This document shows, piece by piece, positions 39,196-49,415 of a DNA stretch of 64,000 bases. Position 1 is the first letter of the stretch. Every line of letters starts with the position of its first letter. The position numbers were made by a program, and so were the translations under genes. The notes under the pieces were generated by a model. The model was given only the letters and a program-made list of their open reading frames with translations. It had not been told where the DNA came from and searched no databases. This DNA is from an uncultured bacterium. GTDB taxonomy: Bacteria; Patescibacteriota; Doudnabacteria; UBA920. The stretch covers positions 10,979-74,978 of the forward strand of contig CAVVMJ010000006.1 in NCBI GenBank assembly GCA_963749445.1, in the 5' to 3' direction.

Positions 39196-39567
39196 ATGGC
39201 GCTTAAACTTAAATTATCGTCCAAGCTGACTTTACTGCTTTTGCTCGGCCTGTTTTTGTTTTTAGCGTATTTGCGCTACGGCCAATGGAAAAACCAGCTG
39301 GCCATAGACAAAGAGAGAAAAAAATTGCAGGACCAGATTACGGCGCTGAACGGGAAAAATCAGAGCCTCACCCAGTCTTTGTCATACCTCGGCTCCAGCG
39401 ATTTTAAGGAGCGCGCGGCGCGGGAGCAGCTTAACCTAAAACGCAACGGCGAAGTGGTGTTCGGTTTTACTGACGCGCCGCCAACGGTGGCGGCTGAAGC
39501 TGCCGGCCAAACCGATAACGCGCCGAATTATGAAAAATGGATTGAATATTTTTTCGGCAGTGATTGA
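39196..39567 (+). CDS. Septum formation initiator (FtsB/DivIC-like)
   Basis: TM helix followed by a coiled coil QLAIDKERKKLQDQITALNGKNQSLTQSL. Confidence 0.5.
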   Translation: MALKLKLSSKLTLLLLLGLFLFLAYLRYGQWKNQLAIDKERKKLQDQITALNGKNQSLTQSLSYLGSSDFKERAAREQLNLKRNGEVVFGFTDAPPTVAAEAAGQTDNAPNYEKWIEYFFGSD

Positions 39568-39587
39568 TTACTGTTATCCGTTTTTAG

Positions 39588-39687
39588 TTGATGGGCACTT
39601 TCCTGGTTCCACAAGCGCCGGCTGATAATTATCAGTTAACGATAAATAACGGCCAGGGCTTGTCTTGTCAGCGAAGGTGCCCATCAA
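39588..39687. repeat. Second 100-nt element with termini TTGATGGGCAC / GTGCCCATCAA
   Basis: See the 24621 entry. Confidence 0.55.
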
Positions 39688-39716
39688 TCATAAACAAATA
39701 TTGAATACACAGCCCG

Positions 39717-40583
39717 ATGAAACCAATTTTAAAAAAACTCCTGAAGTCCGCCATTATAGTTATTGCAATAGTTATCGTTTTTCTCATCGGCTCCTGGGCT
39801 TGGCTGTCGTACGGCTCCTTAACCCCGGCCAAAGAAAAGGTCTTCAGCGTCTTGCCGTTTCCGGCCGCGCTGGTGGGCGGGCGGCCCGTGACCGTCAAAG
39901 CTTTTATTGGGCGATACAATCTGGCACAAAATTTTGCCGGGCAAAATACGGATAACCTCAAGGCCTCCGTCTTTGACCGCCTCATCGCGGAAAAAAAACT
40001 GGAAATCGTAGCCGCGGAAAAACACGCCAGCCCGACATCCGGCCAAATTGACCGGGAATTCAACAGCTTAAAGACCCAAAACCAAACAAACCTCAGCGCG
40101 CAATTGTCCCAATACGGCCTCACAGAATCAAACTACAAAAGCGAAGTATTAAGCGCGCAAGTCACGGCCGCCAATGTAACGGCGTGGTTTTACGGCCAGC
40201 GCGCGCTGAACAACCAAGCTTACACCCAAGCGGACCAAATTGTAAATCAATTTAACAACGGCGCATCCTTTGCCGAGCTGGCGCAAAACTTCAGCCAGGA
40301 CCAATCAACCAAAAATCTGGGAGGCGACCTGGGTTTTGTGGAGCCGGATAAAATCCTGCCGGAAGTGGCCAACGCCTTAAACAACGCCGCGGCCGGACAA
40401 ATCAAAATTATCCCAACGCGCTACGGCATTGAGTTGGTTTTTGTGGAAGACAAAGACAACCACGGCCCAAACGGTGGGCTTCGGCTCCATTTGCGGCAAA
40501 TTTTTTTGGCAGGCGGGGATTTTAACGCCTGGTACCAGCAGGAGACACAAAACCTTAAAGTCATAAAAATCGTCAATTTATAA
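39717..40583 (+). CDS. Parvulin-type peptidyl-prolyl isomerase (PrsA/SurA-like)
   Basis: ASFAELAQNFSQDQSTKNLGGDLGFVEPDKILPEV rotamase motif. Confidence 0.6.
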   Translation: MKPILKKLLKSAIIVIAIVIVFLIGSWAWLSYGSLTPAKEKVFSVLPFPAALVGGRPVTVKAFIGRYNLAQNFAGQNTDNLKASVFDRLIAEKKLEIVAAEKHASPTSGQIDREFNSLKTQNQTNLSAQLSQYGLTESNYKSEVLSAQVTAANVTAWFYGQRALNNQAYTQADQIVNQFNNGASFAELAQNFSQDQSTKNLGGDLGFVEPDKILPEVANALNNAAAGQIKIIPTRYGIELVFVEDKDNHGPNGGLRLHLRQIFLAGGDFNAWYQQETQNLKVIKIVNL

Positions 40584-40661
40584 AATTTTGGCTTGTGGAT
40601 TAGTAAAATTCAAAATAGGTGTATAATTATTAAGGCTAATACCCTAATTAAAATAAAAACC

Positions 40662-43019
40662 ATGGAAATAGAAATTGTCAGCTACATTAAGGAAGCCCGG
40701 CAGCACGGGCTGCAAGATCAGGAAATTAAACAAAATCTGCTGGATGTCGGGTGGAATTCCGGCGAAGTGGAAGACAGTTTTTCCTACGCGCGCCTGGAAA
40801 GCAGCCCGCCGCAGCAGCGCGGGCCGTTGCCCGCCGTCGGCAATTTACCGGTTCAGCCGAGCAATGCGGCAACGCAATTTTCCCCGGCCGCAACCCAAAC
40901 CGCCAAACCGGCGGCGCAACCGGCCGGCCAAAGGCCCGCGGTTTTTCCGGCCCAGACTGCCCCGGCGGTTATGCACGTCCATTTTGCTGAACAGGATCTT
41001 AATTCCAAAGCCGGGCCCGCTGACCAACTTCAAACCCAACCGCCGGCTACGCCAAAATTTCCCGGACAACCGGCCGGTCAAACACCAAGGGAAGCGGCTT
41101 TGCCGCCGGGAACAGCTTTAAGCGACACCCATTTCGGCGGGACCAAGCCGGCCAAAAAAATTATTTTGGCGGCTATTGGAGTCATCATTCTGGCGGCGCT
41201 TGGGGCAGGCGGCTACTTTGCCTACGCCAATTTTATCAACCCCTCGCCGGCCAAAATCTGGAATAATTTTGCTGCGGCCAAAAAAAATCCCATCGGCAAA
41301 TCCGCTTTTAACATCAACTACAGCGACCCCGGGGTCGCCGATTCTTCCGGCAAAACCCAACCTTTCACTTTTTCCCTAAAAGGCACGGCCTATTCCGACA
41401 CAACCAATGCCTCCACAACGGTTGGAAATTCCGACCTCACCTTGGGTTACCAAATCCCCCAAAGTTCGCTGAGCGCCGCCCAGTCGGGCAGCGTGGAGTT
41501 TAAGCTTATGGTTTTGGGCAAGGTAATTTATGCCGATTTAAGCAACATTCCGGGAATAAGCCAGGCGGCCGGCCAGCAGATAAATTGGATAAAACTAGAT
41601 CTTGACGAGGCCGAAAAATTCGCTTCGTCCTCGCCTTTAACCGCCAGTTACAGCGCGCAATTTGACCGGCAAAAGCAGATTCAGGCCAAAATGCAGGCTG
41701 ACCTTGCCAACATTTTAAAGAACAAACAGGTGGTTACGCCGACAAAAATGCTCGGCAGCGAAACCGTCAGCGGCGTGGCGACCTACCATCTGCAAAACCA
41801 AGTGGACAAATCAGTCTTAAAAACGGCCGTCGGCGTGATTTTTGACGATGCTTACGCCTCCTCAACGCTTGCGCAAACCGCCGAAGCCGGGGCCGTCAAA
41901 CAAGTCATGATTTCGGCCATAGACAAAATCACCATCGCCGATTTTGAAACCTGGACCGGCAAAAAAGATTCCCAACTCTACAAAATCCACCTTGACCTAA
42001 AATTTCCCGGAGTGGCTTCCTGGGCCGACGGCGCCGGCAACCCTTTGGGTATTGCCCGCTCGGATTCCCGCGACGCCAAAAGAATCGCCGATGTCAGGCA
42101 AATGGCCGCGGCACTGGAGCTCTACTACAATGACCACAACGGCTATCCTGCCTCCCAAAACGGCCAGGCAATCGGCATTGCGCCAAAATACATCGGTTCC
42201 CAGCCTGTCGCGCCACAGCCTAGCGACGGGGACTGCAGCGACTATTATAACGCCTACTGGTACTTGGCCGGCGGCACACCAACGACCAATAACGGTTTAC
42301 TGGTTTATCCATCCTATACTTTGACATTCTGCCTGGGCGGCGCGACCGGCAGCTATCCGCCCGGGCTGGCCAAACTTACGCCTGAAGGCATACAGGGCGG
42401 CGTCGTTTGCAATGACACTCCGGCCAACTGCCACAAACAGGCCGATGTCCAGCAACCGGCGCCCGATAACAAGCCCGCGCCGCAGGCTGACTTGACTTTT
42501 GACGCCACCTACTCGGACTACGGCAAAAAAGAAACCGTAACCGCCCCGGCCAACGCGCTTGACCTTATCCAATACATCCAACAACAAATGGGGTCGGGAA
42601 TGTCGGCCCTGACGCCGACAGGCAGTTTGCCGAACCAGGGGATTGACGATTCAAAACTGGAAGGGCAAAGCCAGTCTCTAGATAGCAAACGGCTAGCCGA
42701 TATGGAACAGCTTGCGAGTGCTTTGGAACTTTATTATAACGATAAAAATCAATACCCGAATTCTTTGAACGATTTAGTTCCAAAATACATAGCTCAAGTC
42801 CCGACTGCACCGGTGCCGCCAGGGGGAAATTGCAATGCTACGCAAAACAGTTACAATTATTCGGTTTCCGATCACTATACGACTACAGGACCAACCGGAA
42901 AAACAATAAATTCCAACCCCTCCCCAAACAGCAACTACGAAATATCTTTTTGTTTAGGCGGCCCAACCAGCAGTTACAACCCGGGTATACACTCGGTAAG
43001 CCCGTTTGGCATAAAGTAG
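40662..43019 (+). CDS. Large secreted protein with a Pro-rich N-terminus, a TM anchor and two type IV pilin / T2SS-pseudopilin-like globular domains. These domains lack the N-terminal pilin helix.
   Basis: RDAKRIADVRQMAAALELYYNDHNGYP and DSKRLADMEQLASALELYYNDKNQYP..KYIAQVPTAP. The start is assigned to the Met at 40662. Confidence 0.5.
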   Translation: MEIEIVSYIKEARQHGLQDQEIKQNLLDVGWNSGEVEDSFSYARLESSPPQQRGPLPAVGNLPVQPSNAATQFSPAATQTAKPAAQPAGQRPAVFPAQTAPAVMHVHFAEQDLNSKAGPADQLQTQPPATPKFPGQPAGQTPREAALPPGTALSDTHFGGTKPAKKIILAAIGVIILAALGAGGYFAYANFINPSPAKIWNNFAAAKKNPIGKSAFNINYSDPGVADSSGKTQPFTFSLKGTAYSDTTNASTTVGNSDLTLGYQIPQSSLSAAQSGSVEFKLMVLGKVIYADLSNIPGISQAAGQQINWIKLDLDEAEKFASSSPLTASYSAQFDRQKQIQAKMQADLANILKNKQVVTPTKMLGSETVSGVATYHLQNQVDKSVLKTAVGVIFDDAYASSTLAQTAEAGAVKQVMISAIDKITIADFETWTGKKDSQLYKIHLDLKFPGVASWADGAGNPLGIARSDSRDAKRIADVRQMAAALELYYNDHNGYPASQNGQAIGIAPKYIGSQPVAPQPSDGDCSDYYNAYWYLAGGTPTTNNGLLVYPSYTLTFCLGGATGSYPPGLAKLTPEGIQGGVVCNDTPANCHKQADVQQPAPDNKPAPQADLTFDATYSDYGKKETVTAPANALDLIQYIQQQMGSGMSALTPTGSLPNQGIDDSKLEGQSQSLDSKRLADMEQLASALELYYNDKNQYPNSLNDLVPKYIAQVPTAPVPPGGNCNATQNSYNYSVSDHYTTTGPTGKTINSNPSPNSNYEISFCLGGPTSSYNPGIHSVSPFGIK

Positions 43020-43093
43020 ACATCATCTAAAGGACCGCCCTTACAGCAAGGGCGGTCCTTTCTGATTGAGCGGATTTCAGCTATAATAAACTT

Positions 43094-43996
43094 ATGAAAA
43101 TCGGAATTTTTGACTCCGGCCTAGGCGGGTTGGTAATTGCCAAAGCTATTTTTTCCGCCAAAGGCTCGCCTCGCATTCGCGAGAGCGAAGCGGGCGGACC
43201 CGCCTCTCATTCGAGTCCGAGCGATGCTCGTCCCTCAGAGTCGAGGACCGGCGGGAAAAACTTATCCGCCTATGATTACATCTACTTGGGCGACACCAAG
43301 CGCCTGCCATACGGCAACCGGTCGGCGGATGAAGTTTATAAATTTACCCGCAACGCGGTTAAGTATCTTTTTGACCGTAATTGCCAGCTGGTAATTTTAG
43401 CCTGCAACACAGCCTCGGCTTTGGCATTGCGGAAAATCCAGCAGGAATTTTTGCCCAAGTTTTATCCTGAAAGGCGCGTGCTGGGCGTAGTCATTCCGAC
43501 TTTGGAAGAAGCGGATAAAAATCACAAACAAAAAATCATCGGGGTAATCGGCACGGCAGCAACTATCCGCTCCCATATATATAAGAAAGAACTGATGAAA
43601 ATTGACCCCAACGCAAAAATTATTGAGCTGGCAACGCCAAAATTAGTGCCACTAATTGAACAAAATGCTTTACAAAAGGCAGAAAATGCCTTAAAATTAT
43701 ACTTAAAGCCGCTTCAAAAACAGGGGATTGGAGCGCTGATTTTAGGTTGTACCCATTACCCGATTTTAGCGCGGCAGATAAAAAAAATCGTCGGCAAAAA
43801 AATTAAAGTCGTTTCGCAAACCGACTTTCTTCCAAACAAACTCGGCGACTATTTAAAACGGCATCCGGAAATAAACAGCAAGCTGTCAAAAAGCCGTAAG
43901 CGACTATTTTTGGTAACCAATTATAATCACAAATTCGGCGAAGTGGCAAAGAGGTTATTTGGAAGAAGTTTGGAGTTTAAGGTTGTAAGTTTATAA
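43094..43996 (+). CDS. murI: Glutamate racemase carrying an in-frame, roughly 30-aa GC-rich insertion at about 43163-43255
   Basis: IGIFDSGLGG, ACNTASA and GCTHYP motifs. The insertion is GSPRIRESEAGGPASHSSPSDARPSESRTGG. Confidence 0.8.
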   Translation: MKIGIFDSGLGGLVIAKAIFSAKGSPRIRESEAGGPASHSSPSDARPSESRTGGKNLSAYDYIYLGDTKRLPYGNRSADEVYKFTRNAVKYLFDRNCQLVILACNTASALALRKIQQEFLPKFYPERRVLGVVIPTLEEADKNHKQKIIGVIGTAATIRSHIYKKELMKIDPNAKIIELATPKLVPLIEQNALQKAENALKLYLKPLQKQGIGALILGCTHYPILARQIKKIVGKKIKVVSQTDFLPNKLGDYLKRHPEINSKLSKSRKRLFLVTNYNHKFGEVAKRLFGRSLEFKVVSL

Positions 43997-44004
43997 GTTT
44001 AACC

Positions 44005-44125
44005 GCAGAGCTCTCTCCTCTTGAGGAGAGATGTCCCGACTTCAGTCGGGACAGAGAGGTTGCAGTAATCGGCGATGGATACAACCTCTCCCCAACCCTC
44101 CCCTCAGGAGGGGAGGGGGCTCCGA
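44005..44125. repeat. Multi-hairpin GC-rich element, a variant of the R4 family: CTCTCCTCTTGAGGAGAG / GTCCCGACTTCAGTCGGGAC / CCCTCCCCTCAGGAGGGGAGGG
   Basis: Four consecutive perfect hairpins immediately upstream of the tRNA-Thr. Confidence 0.5.
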
Positions 44126-44142
44126 GATTTTGCAAATAACAC

Positions 44143-44218
44143 GCCGACGTAGCTCAATTGGTAGAGCAACGGTATCGTAAACCGTAGGTTATCGGTTCAA
44201 TTCCGATCGTCGGCTCCA
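44143..44218 (+). tRNA. tRNA-Thr (anticodon CGT), CCA encoded
   Basis: Cloverleaf GCCGACG/CGTCGGC acceptor, anticodon loop ATCGTAA, T-arm GGTTCAATTCC. Confidence 0.8.
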
Positions 44219-44306
44219 TAAGTGATTGATATCAAAATGTCAAGCCACTCAATTTTAACCGGTCTTGACAAGACCGTCTATTTCCAACATCATTAAAACA
44301 GTTTGA

Positions 44307-44567
44307 ATGGAAAATTCGCCAAAAGAACCGGACAAACCTCCTAAGAACCCCGAGCAAAAACTGGTCGGCATACTAATGCTGGAAGCGGGGATAGAGTTTG
44401 CCTTTTTAATTGCCGCGCCGCTTTTGGCCGGAGTGCTGGTTGGCAAATGGCTAGATGACAAATATCATCATAATTTCTTCGTGATTATCGGGATTTTAGC
44501 CGGATTAGCCATAACCTGCTTTGCGATTTACAAAAGAATTATTGATTACAAAAAGATGCTTAAATGA
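44307..44567 (+). CDS. AtpZ/AtpI-like small membrane protein preceding atpB
   Basis: Two TM helices. Position and pattern LIAAPLLAGVLVGKWLDDKY. Confidence 0.45.
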   Translation: MENSPKEPDKPPKNPEQKLVGILMLEAGIEFAFLIAAPLLAGVLVGKWLDDKYHHNFFVIIGILAGLAITCFAIYKRIIDYKKMLK

Positions 44568-44582
44568 CCGCCCTGCGGCGGT

Positions 44583-44668
44583 CATCCCGGATTTTTTTGC
44601 GCTGATGATTATCGCAAGCCGCAAAAAATATCCGGGATCGAAAAAATAGATTCCGGATATTTTGCAAA
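44583..44668. repeat. R-hp hairpin element copy 2
   Basis: GTCATCCCGGATTTTTTTGCGCTGATGATTATCGCAAGCCGCAAAAAATATCCGGGATCG. Confidence 0.65.
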
Positions 44669-44699
44669 ACATGGCAAAATTCCGGAATGACAAAAGCCT

Positions 44700-45563
44700 A
44701 TGTTAAACCTCCCGCCGCTCGCGGCTGAACCCATCTTCAATCTCTTGGGCCTGCCCGTAACCAACGCCATGATCAATGCCGTGGCGGCTTTGGCAATTTT
44801 CGTGATATTTGCTTTTTTCCTCAACCGCGGCATCAAAAAATATTATGCCGATGATCGCGCGCCCAAAGGTTTGGTGAATTTTTTTGAAACCATTTTGGAA
44901 GTTTTGCTGGCGCAAATAGATAACGTTACCAAGGACCGCAAAAAAACCCTAAAGTTCCTGCCCATTGTCGGCGGAATCTTTTTATTTATTCTGACTTCCA
45001 ACTGGCTGGGAATTTTTCCGGGGATAAGCAGCATTGTGGTCCAGCGCGGCGGCGAAGCCGTGCCGCTGCTGCGTTCGGCCAATACTGATCTCAATTTGAC
45101 TCTGGCTATGGCCGTATTTGCCGTAGTCTTGTCACATTTTGCGGGGATTATTACTATCGGCTTTTTTAAATATGCCAACAAGTTTATAAAGCTGGGCGAT
45201 ATCTACCGGGCCGTAAAATCCTTAAGCCCGATGAACATTTTGGTCGCGATAATTGAATTTTTTGTGGGACTTTTGGAAATTATTTCCGAAATTGCCAAAA
45301 TGGTTTCTTTGTCACTCCGGTTATTCGGCAACATTTTCGCCGGCGAGGTTTTACTCACGGTCATCGGGTCCTTGATTGCCGGCTATGGTGCCTTTTTTAT
45401 TCCGCTGCCATTTATGGCTTTGGAGCTGTTAGTCGGCATCATTCAAGCTATGGTATTTTCCATTTTGACCCTAGTCTATTTAACCATTGCCACGGCCCAA
45501 ATCCAGGAGCATACCGAAATTAACCATCACGAAATTGAAGTTGACGAGGTGGAAGCGATATAG
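44700..45563 (+). CDS. atpB: F0F1 ATP synthase subunit a
   Basis: SLSLRLFGNIFAGE arginine motif and multiple TM helices. Confidence 0.85.
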   Translation: MLNLPPLAAEPIFNLLGLPVTNAMINAVAALAIFVIFAFFLNRGIKKYYADDRAPKGLVNFFETILEVLLAQIDNVTKDRKKTLKFLPIVGGIFLFILTSNWLGIFPGISSIVVQRGGEAVPLLRSANTDLNLTLAMAVFAVVLSHFAGIITIGFFKYANKFIKLGDIYRAVKSLSPMNILVAIIEFFVGLLEIISEIAKMVSLSLRLFGNIFAGEVLLTVIGSLIAGYGAFFIPLPFMALELLVGIIQAMVFSILTLVYLTIATAQIQEHTEINHHEIEVDEVEAI

Positions 45564-45737
45564 GTAAATGGTTATAGGTTATAGAAACCAGTATAGTTGT
45601 AAGTAGTAAGTTATAGGTTACTTAAACCCATAAACTTATTACCAAACTGGTTTCCATAACTTATAACTATTAACTCACACAAGGCGACATTAAACAATAA
45701 TATAAACTGTCGACCAACTGTGAAAAGAAGGAAACTT

Positions 45738-45959
45738 ATGGAACCGCAAGCAGTGCTTAACCTGGCCAAAGCTTTGGCCATTGCCGTCGGCGGATTCGCG
45801 CCGGCCTTAGCCATCGGCCGCATCGCCGGCAAAGCCATGGAAAGCATCGGCCGCAACCCCGAAAGCACGGACAAAATCTTTGTCCCGATGCTGCTCGGTA
45901 TGGCGTTTGCCGAAGCCATCGCGATTTATGCGCTAGTCGTCACCTTTACATTAAAATAG
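45738..45959 (+). CDS. atpE: F0F1 ATP synthase subunit c. The start is assigned to the ATG at 45738, which follows AAGGAAA.
   Basis: Two-helix proteolipid with the GxGxGxG-like AIAVGGFAPALAIG and the conserved acidic residue in helix 2 (MAFAEAIAIYALV). Confidence 0.8.
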   Translation: MEPQAVLNLAKALAIAVGGFAPALAIGRIAGKAMESIGRNPESTDKIFVPMLLGMAFAEAIAIYALVVTFTLK

Positions 45960-45961
45960 CG

Positions 45962-46011
45962 TGTAGCGCGCCCAATTTATTGGGCTGCAGCCGATAAATC
46001 GGCACGCTACA
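45962..46011. repeat. R2 palindromic element, intergenic copy
   Basis: TGTAGCGCGCCCAATTTATTGGGCTGCAGCCGATAAATCGGCACGCTACA. Confidence 0.65.
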
Positions 46012-46183
46012 TTAGGTTTTAGAACTGATGATTGTCGCTTTGACGATCATCAGGATTTACAACTTAAAATACCTCTACTAAATACTAAAGTATACTAAAA
46101 GTACGAAATACGAAACAGAAGTTAGCTAGTTTAGTATTTAGTATATTTAGTACCTTTTAGTATTTAGTAGAAGAATATAACCC

Positions 46184-46738
46184 ATGAACATGCTTGATAT
46201 TCTCATCCCCATTGCCCGCGCCGCGGACGAAGCCGCCAACTCCGGCAGTCCGGTCGCGGTGCTGGGGCTGAACGCAAAACTGTTTATTGCCCAGCTGATT
46301 AACTTTGGCGTGGTTTTGTTTGTCTTATGGAAATGGGTGTTCACGCCGGTGGCCAAAAAACTGCAAGAGCGCACCGACCGGATTGAAAAAGCGATGAAGA
46401 ACGCGGCCTCCACGGAAAAAGAAAAACAAGAATTCGGCAAATGGAAAGAGCTGGAAATGGTTAAAGTCCGCAGCCAGTCTACGGCCATTGTTACGGCCGC
46501 GCAAAACGAAGCCGGCAAAGCCAAACAGGCAATAATGGACCAAACTAAACAAGATCAGCAAAAACTCGTTGACCAAGCCAAAGCGCAAATTGAATCGGAA
46601 AAGAATAAGTCAGTAATGGAGGCCAAAACTGAACTGGCGGATTTGGTGACGAACGCGACGGAGAAGATATTAAGGCATAAGCTGGACGCCAAGACAGATC
46701 AGCAGTTAATAAAAGAATCGTTAGCAGATGTGAAATAA
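46184..46738 (+). CDS. atpF: F0F1 ATP synthase subunit b
   Basis: N-terminal TM helix, a long charged helix, and operon position. Confidence 0.7.
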   Translation: MNMLDILIPIARAADEAANSGSPVAVLGLNAKLFIAQLINFGVVLFVLWKWVFTPVAKKLQERTDRIEKAMKNAASTEKEKQEFGKWKELEMVKVRSQSTAIVTAAQNEAGKAKQAIMDQTKQDQQKLVDQAKAQIESEKNKSVMEAKTELADLVTNATEKILRHKLDAKTDQQLIKESLADVK

Positions 46739-46744
46739 GCAACG

Positions 46745-46884
46745 CCACGGAGTTTCTCCTCCTTTCAAAGGAGGAGTACCCGCCACAGGCGGGGGAGGTG
46801 GTGAAATAAAACGCAGGCCAAACTCCAACCACCCCGTCGGCTATCGCCGCCACCCCTCCTCAGCAAGGAGGGAAGCTCCGCAGT
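46745..46884. repeat. R4 composite multi-hairpin element, intergenic copy A (module order 2-1)
   Basis: ..GAGTTTCTCCTCCTTTCAAAGGAGGAG..GGGGGAGGTGGTG...CTCCAACCACCCCGTCGGCTATCGCCGCCACCCCTCCTCAGCAAGGAGGGAAGCTCCGCAG. Confidence 0.65.
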
Positions 46885-46904
46885 AAGTCCTTGATGAAAT
46901 TCCT

Positions 46905-47315
46905 ATGCCCAAACTTACCTCAAACCAATACGCCCAAGCGCTGTTTGAAGCAGTTACGGAAACCCATCCCAAAGACCACGACGCGGTTTTAGATAATTTT
47001 GTGCGGATTTTGGCGCAAAACGGGGATTTGGGAAAATACGATGAAATAGACGCCGAATTCCGTAAATTAAAATTATCATCCGAAGGTATAAAAGAAGCCA
47101 AAGTGACCGTTGCAAGGGAAGCCGAGTTGAACCATCAGATCATCCAAGAATTAAACGCTGTAGTGCAGGCCACCGGCCTGCCCGCCAAGCTGGAAATCAA
47201 GCAAAAAATTGACCAATCCATAATCGGCGGCGTGGTAGTACGAGTGGACGACACGCTGATTGACGCGAGCGTAAGAACGCAGTTGAATAATTTAAATAGA
47301 GAATTAAAACTGTAG
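46905..47315 (+). CDS. atpH: F0F1 ATP synthase subunit delta (short, 136 aa)
   Basis: Operon position and the C-terminal pattern IIGGVVVRVDDTLIDASVRTQL. Confidence 0.6.
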   Translation: MPKLTSNQYAQALFEAVTETHPKDHDAVLDNFVRILAQNGDLGKYDEIDAEFRKLKLSSEGIKEAKVTVAREAELNHQIIQELNAVVQATGLPAKLEIKQKIDQSIIGGVVVRVDDTLIDASVRTQLNNLNRELKL

Positions 47316-47370
47316 CGCGCCGATTTATCGGCTGGATTTATTACTGCAGCCCATAAATGGGTACGCTACA
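47311..47370. repeat. R2 palindromic element, rearranged intergenic copy
   Basis: TGTAGCGCGCCGATTTATCGGC..GCAGCCCATAAATGGGTACGCTACA. Confidence 0.6.
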
Positions 47371-47397
47371 AAAACATAGATTCCCGCCCTTGCGGGA

Positions 47398-47796
47398 ATG
47401 ACAAGAAAGGAAAATATGTTTGATAATAGAAATGAAAGAGGGCTGTCCCCGGTCGATAAAATTTCGTTTGAGGCCAAAAACGGCGTTCTAAGTGGAGTAG
47501 CAAAATTTTATACAGAATGGAGAAGCCAGAGATATGGCAATCCTGGAGCAAACATACCGGAAAATCCTGATATGCCAAATTGGAAAAAGTATGCAGATAC
47601 CCAAAGAAATAAAATTGTAAATTCCATTTTAAATGAGCCAGAAACACAAAAATACACCGCAGATCCTAATTTTGATGTTTCGGATAATCAAAAGAGAGTT
47701 CGGCAGGTTATAGAAGCCATAGACTTTGAAATACAAACAGGTGTTGTTCAAAAATACGATAACCCCGAAGCTGCAAGGACAGCGAAAGGAAAATAA
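47398..47796 (+). CDS. Small AT-rich hypothetical ORF inserted between atpH and atpA
   Basis: 132-aa ORF with lower GC than the flanking atp genes and no recognisable domain. Confidence 0.3.
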   Translation: MTRKENMFDNRNERGLSPVDKISFEAKNGVLSGVAKFYTEWRSQRYGNPGANIPENPDMPNWKKYADTQRNKIVNSILNEPETQKYTADPNFDVSDNQKRVRQVIEAIDFEIQTGVVQKYDNPEAARTAKGK

Positions 47797-47802
47797 TATT
47801 TT

Positions 47803-49302
47803 ATGGCCTCAACAAACATAGTAGAACAACTAAAAAATAAAATCGCCGCGTTCCAGGCGGACGTGAGGGTAGAAAAAGTCGGGACAGTTTTGGAGGTGGG
47901 GGACGGCGTGGCACGCGTGAGCGGGCTTAAGGATGCCGCCAGTATGGAAATGTTGGATTTCGGAAACGGAGTTTTTGGCGTGGCGCTGAACCTGGAAGAA
48001 AGCGTTATCGGCTCCATCATCTTGGGCGATTATACGCATATTAAAGTCGGGGACACGGTACGTTTGACAGGAAAAATTTTGTCCGTGCCTGTCGGCGAAG
48101 CGGTTGTCGGCCGCACCGTAAGCGCGCTTGGCGAACCTAAGGATGGTAAGGGGCCGATTAAATCAGACAAATTTTATCCGACAGAAAAAATCGCGCCGGG
48201 CGTAATCACGCGCCAAAAAGTCAGCCAGCCGGTGCAAACCGGCATCAAAACCATTGACTCGCTTATTCCAATCGGCCGCGGCCAGCGAGAACTGATTATC
48301 GGCGACCGCCAAACCGGCAAGACCGCCATTGCCATAGACACCATCATCAACCAAAAAGGCCAGAATATGATTTGCGTTTACGTAGCTATTGGCCAAAAAG
48401 AAAGCAAGGTTGCCAAAATTGTCGCGGAACTGGAAAAGCACGGCGCCATGGAATACACCATTGTGGTCTCGGCTTCGGCTTCGGATCCGGCCGCTTTGTC
48501 TTATATTGCGCCGTACGCGGGTTGCGCGATGGGCGAATATTTTATGGACCAGGGTAAGGACGTGTTGGTGGTTTATGATGACCTGTCCAAGCAAGCGGTT
48601 GCTTATCGTGAGATATCACTTTTGCTCCGCCGCCCGCCGGGACGCGAAGCTTATCCCGGTGATGTGTTTTATTTACATTCCCGATTGTTGGAACGCGCCG
48701 CAAGATTAAATAAAGATTTTGGCGGCGGGTCATTAACGGCTTTGCCGATTGTGGAAACCCAGGCCGGCGACGTTACCGCTTACATTCCCACTAATGTGAT
48801 TTCAATTACTGATGGACAGATATTTTTGGAAACCGATTTATTCTATAAAGGCATCCGCCCGGCATTAAACGTCGGCATTTCCGTTTCGCGCGTCGGCGCA
48901 GCCGCGCAGACAAAAGCGATGAAGAAAGTCGCCGGCAAATTAAAACTACAATTGGCGCAATTCCGCGAATTGGAAGCCTTTGCGCAGTTTGGCTCCGATC
49001 TAGACCCCGAAACCCAAAGGCAACTTGACCTTGGCCGCCGCATGACCGAAGTCCTAAAACAGCCGCAATACACGCCTTTTGCCTTGGAAAAAGAAGTTAC
49101 AGTCCTTTACGCGGTCAACAACGGCTACTTTAATCCAATTCCCGTTGAAAAAATGGCGGAAACCGAGAGCAAATTTCACCAGTATATGTCCACCCAAGCC
49201 AAAGACGTCCTGGAAGAAATCCGCACCACCCGCGAACTCTCCGACTCCACGGAAGCCAAATTAAAAAAGGCAATTGAACAGTTTGTGCAGACGGTAAAAT
49301 AA
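47803..49302 (+). CDS. atpA: F0F1 ATP synthase subunit alpha
   Basis: [16 protein letters not shown]-loop and alpha-type flanking motifs. Confidence 0.9.
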   Translation: MASTNIVEQLKNKIAAFQADVRVEKVGTVLEVGDGVARVSGLKDAASMEMLDFGNGVFGVALNLEESVIGSIILGDYTHIKVGDTVRLTGKILSVPVGEAVVGRTVSALGEPKDGKGPIKSDKFYPTEKIAPGVITRQKVSQPVQTGIKTIDSLIPIGRGQRELIIGDRQTGKTAIAIDTIINQKGQNMICVYVAIGQKESKVAKIVAELEKHGAMEYTIVVSASASDPAALSYIAPYAGCAMGEYFMDQGKDVLVVYDDLSKQAVAYREISLLLRRPPGREAYPGDVFYLHSRLLERAARLNKDFGGGSLTALPIVETQAGDVTAYIPTNVISITDGQIFLETDLFYKGIRPALNVGISVSRVGAAAQTKAMKKVAGKLKLQLAQFRELEAFAQFGSDLDPETQRQLDLGRRMTEVLKQPQYTPFALEKEVTVLYAVNNGYFNPIPVEKMAETESKFHQYMSTQAKDVLEEIRTTRELSDSTEAKLKKAIEQFVQTVK

Positions 49303-49317
49303 CCCGCCCGACGTGTC

Positions 49318-49400
49318 CATCCCGGAATTTTTTGCGCAGATGGTTATCGTGAGCCGCAAAAAATATCCGGGATCCAGACTTAAGCTCGTCTCTGGATCCC
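49318..49400. repeat. R-hp hairpin element copy 3
   Basis: CATCCCGGAATTTTTTGCGCAGATGGTTATCGTGAGCCGCAAAAAATATCCGGGATCCAGACTTAAGCTCGTCTCTGGATCCCGG. Confidence 0.65.
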
Positions 49401-49415
49401 GGCTCTCGGCTGCAC

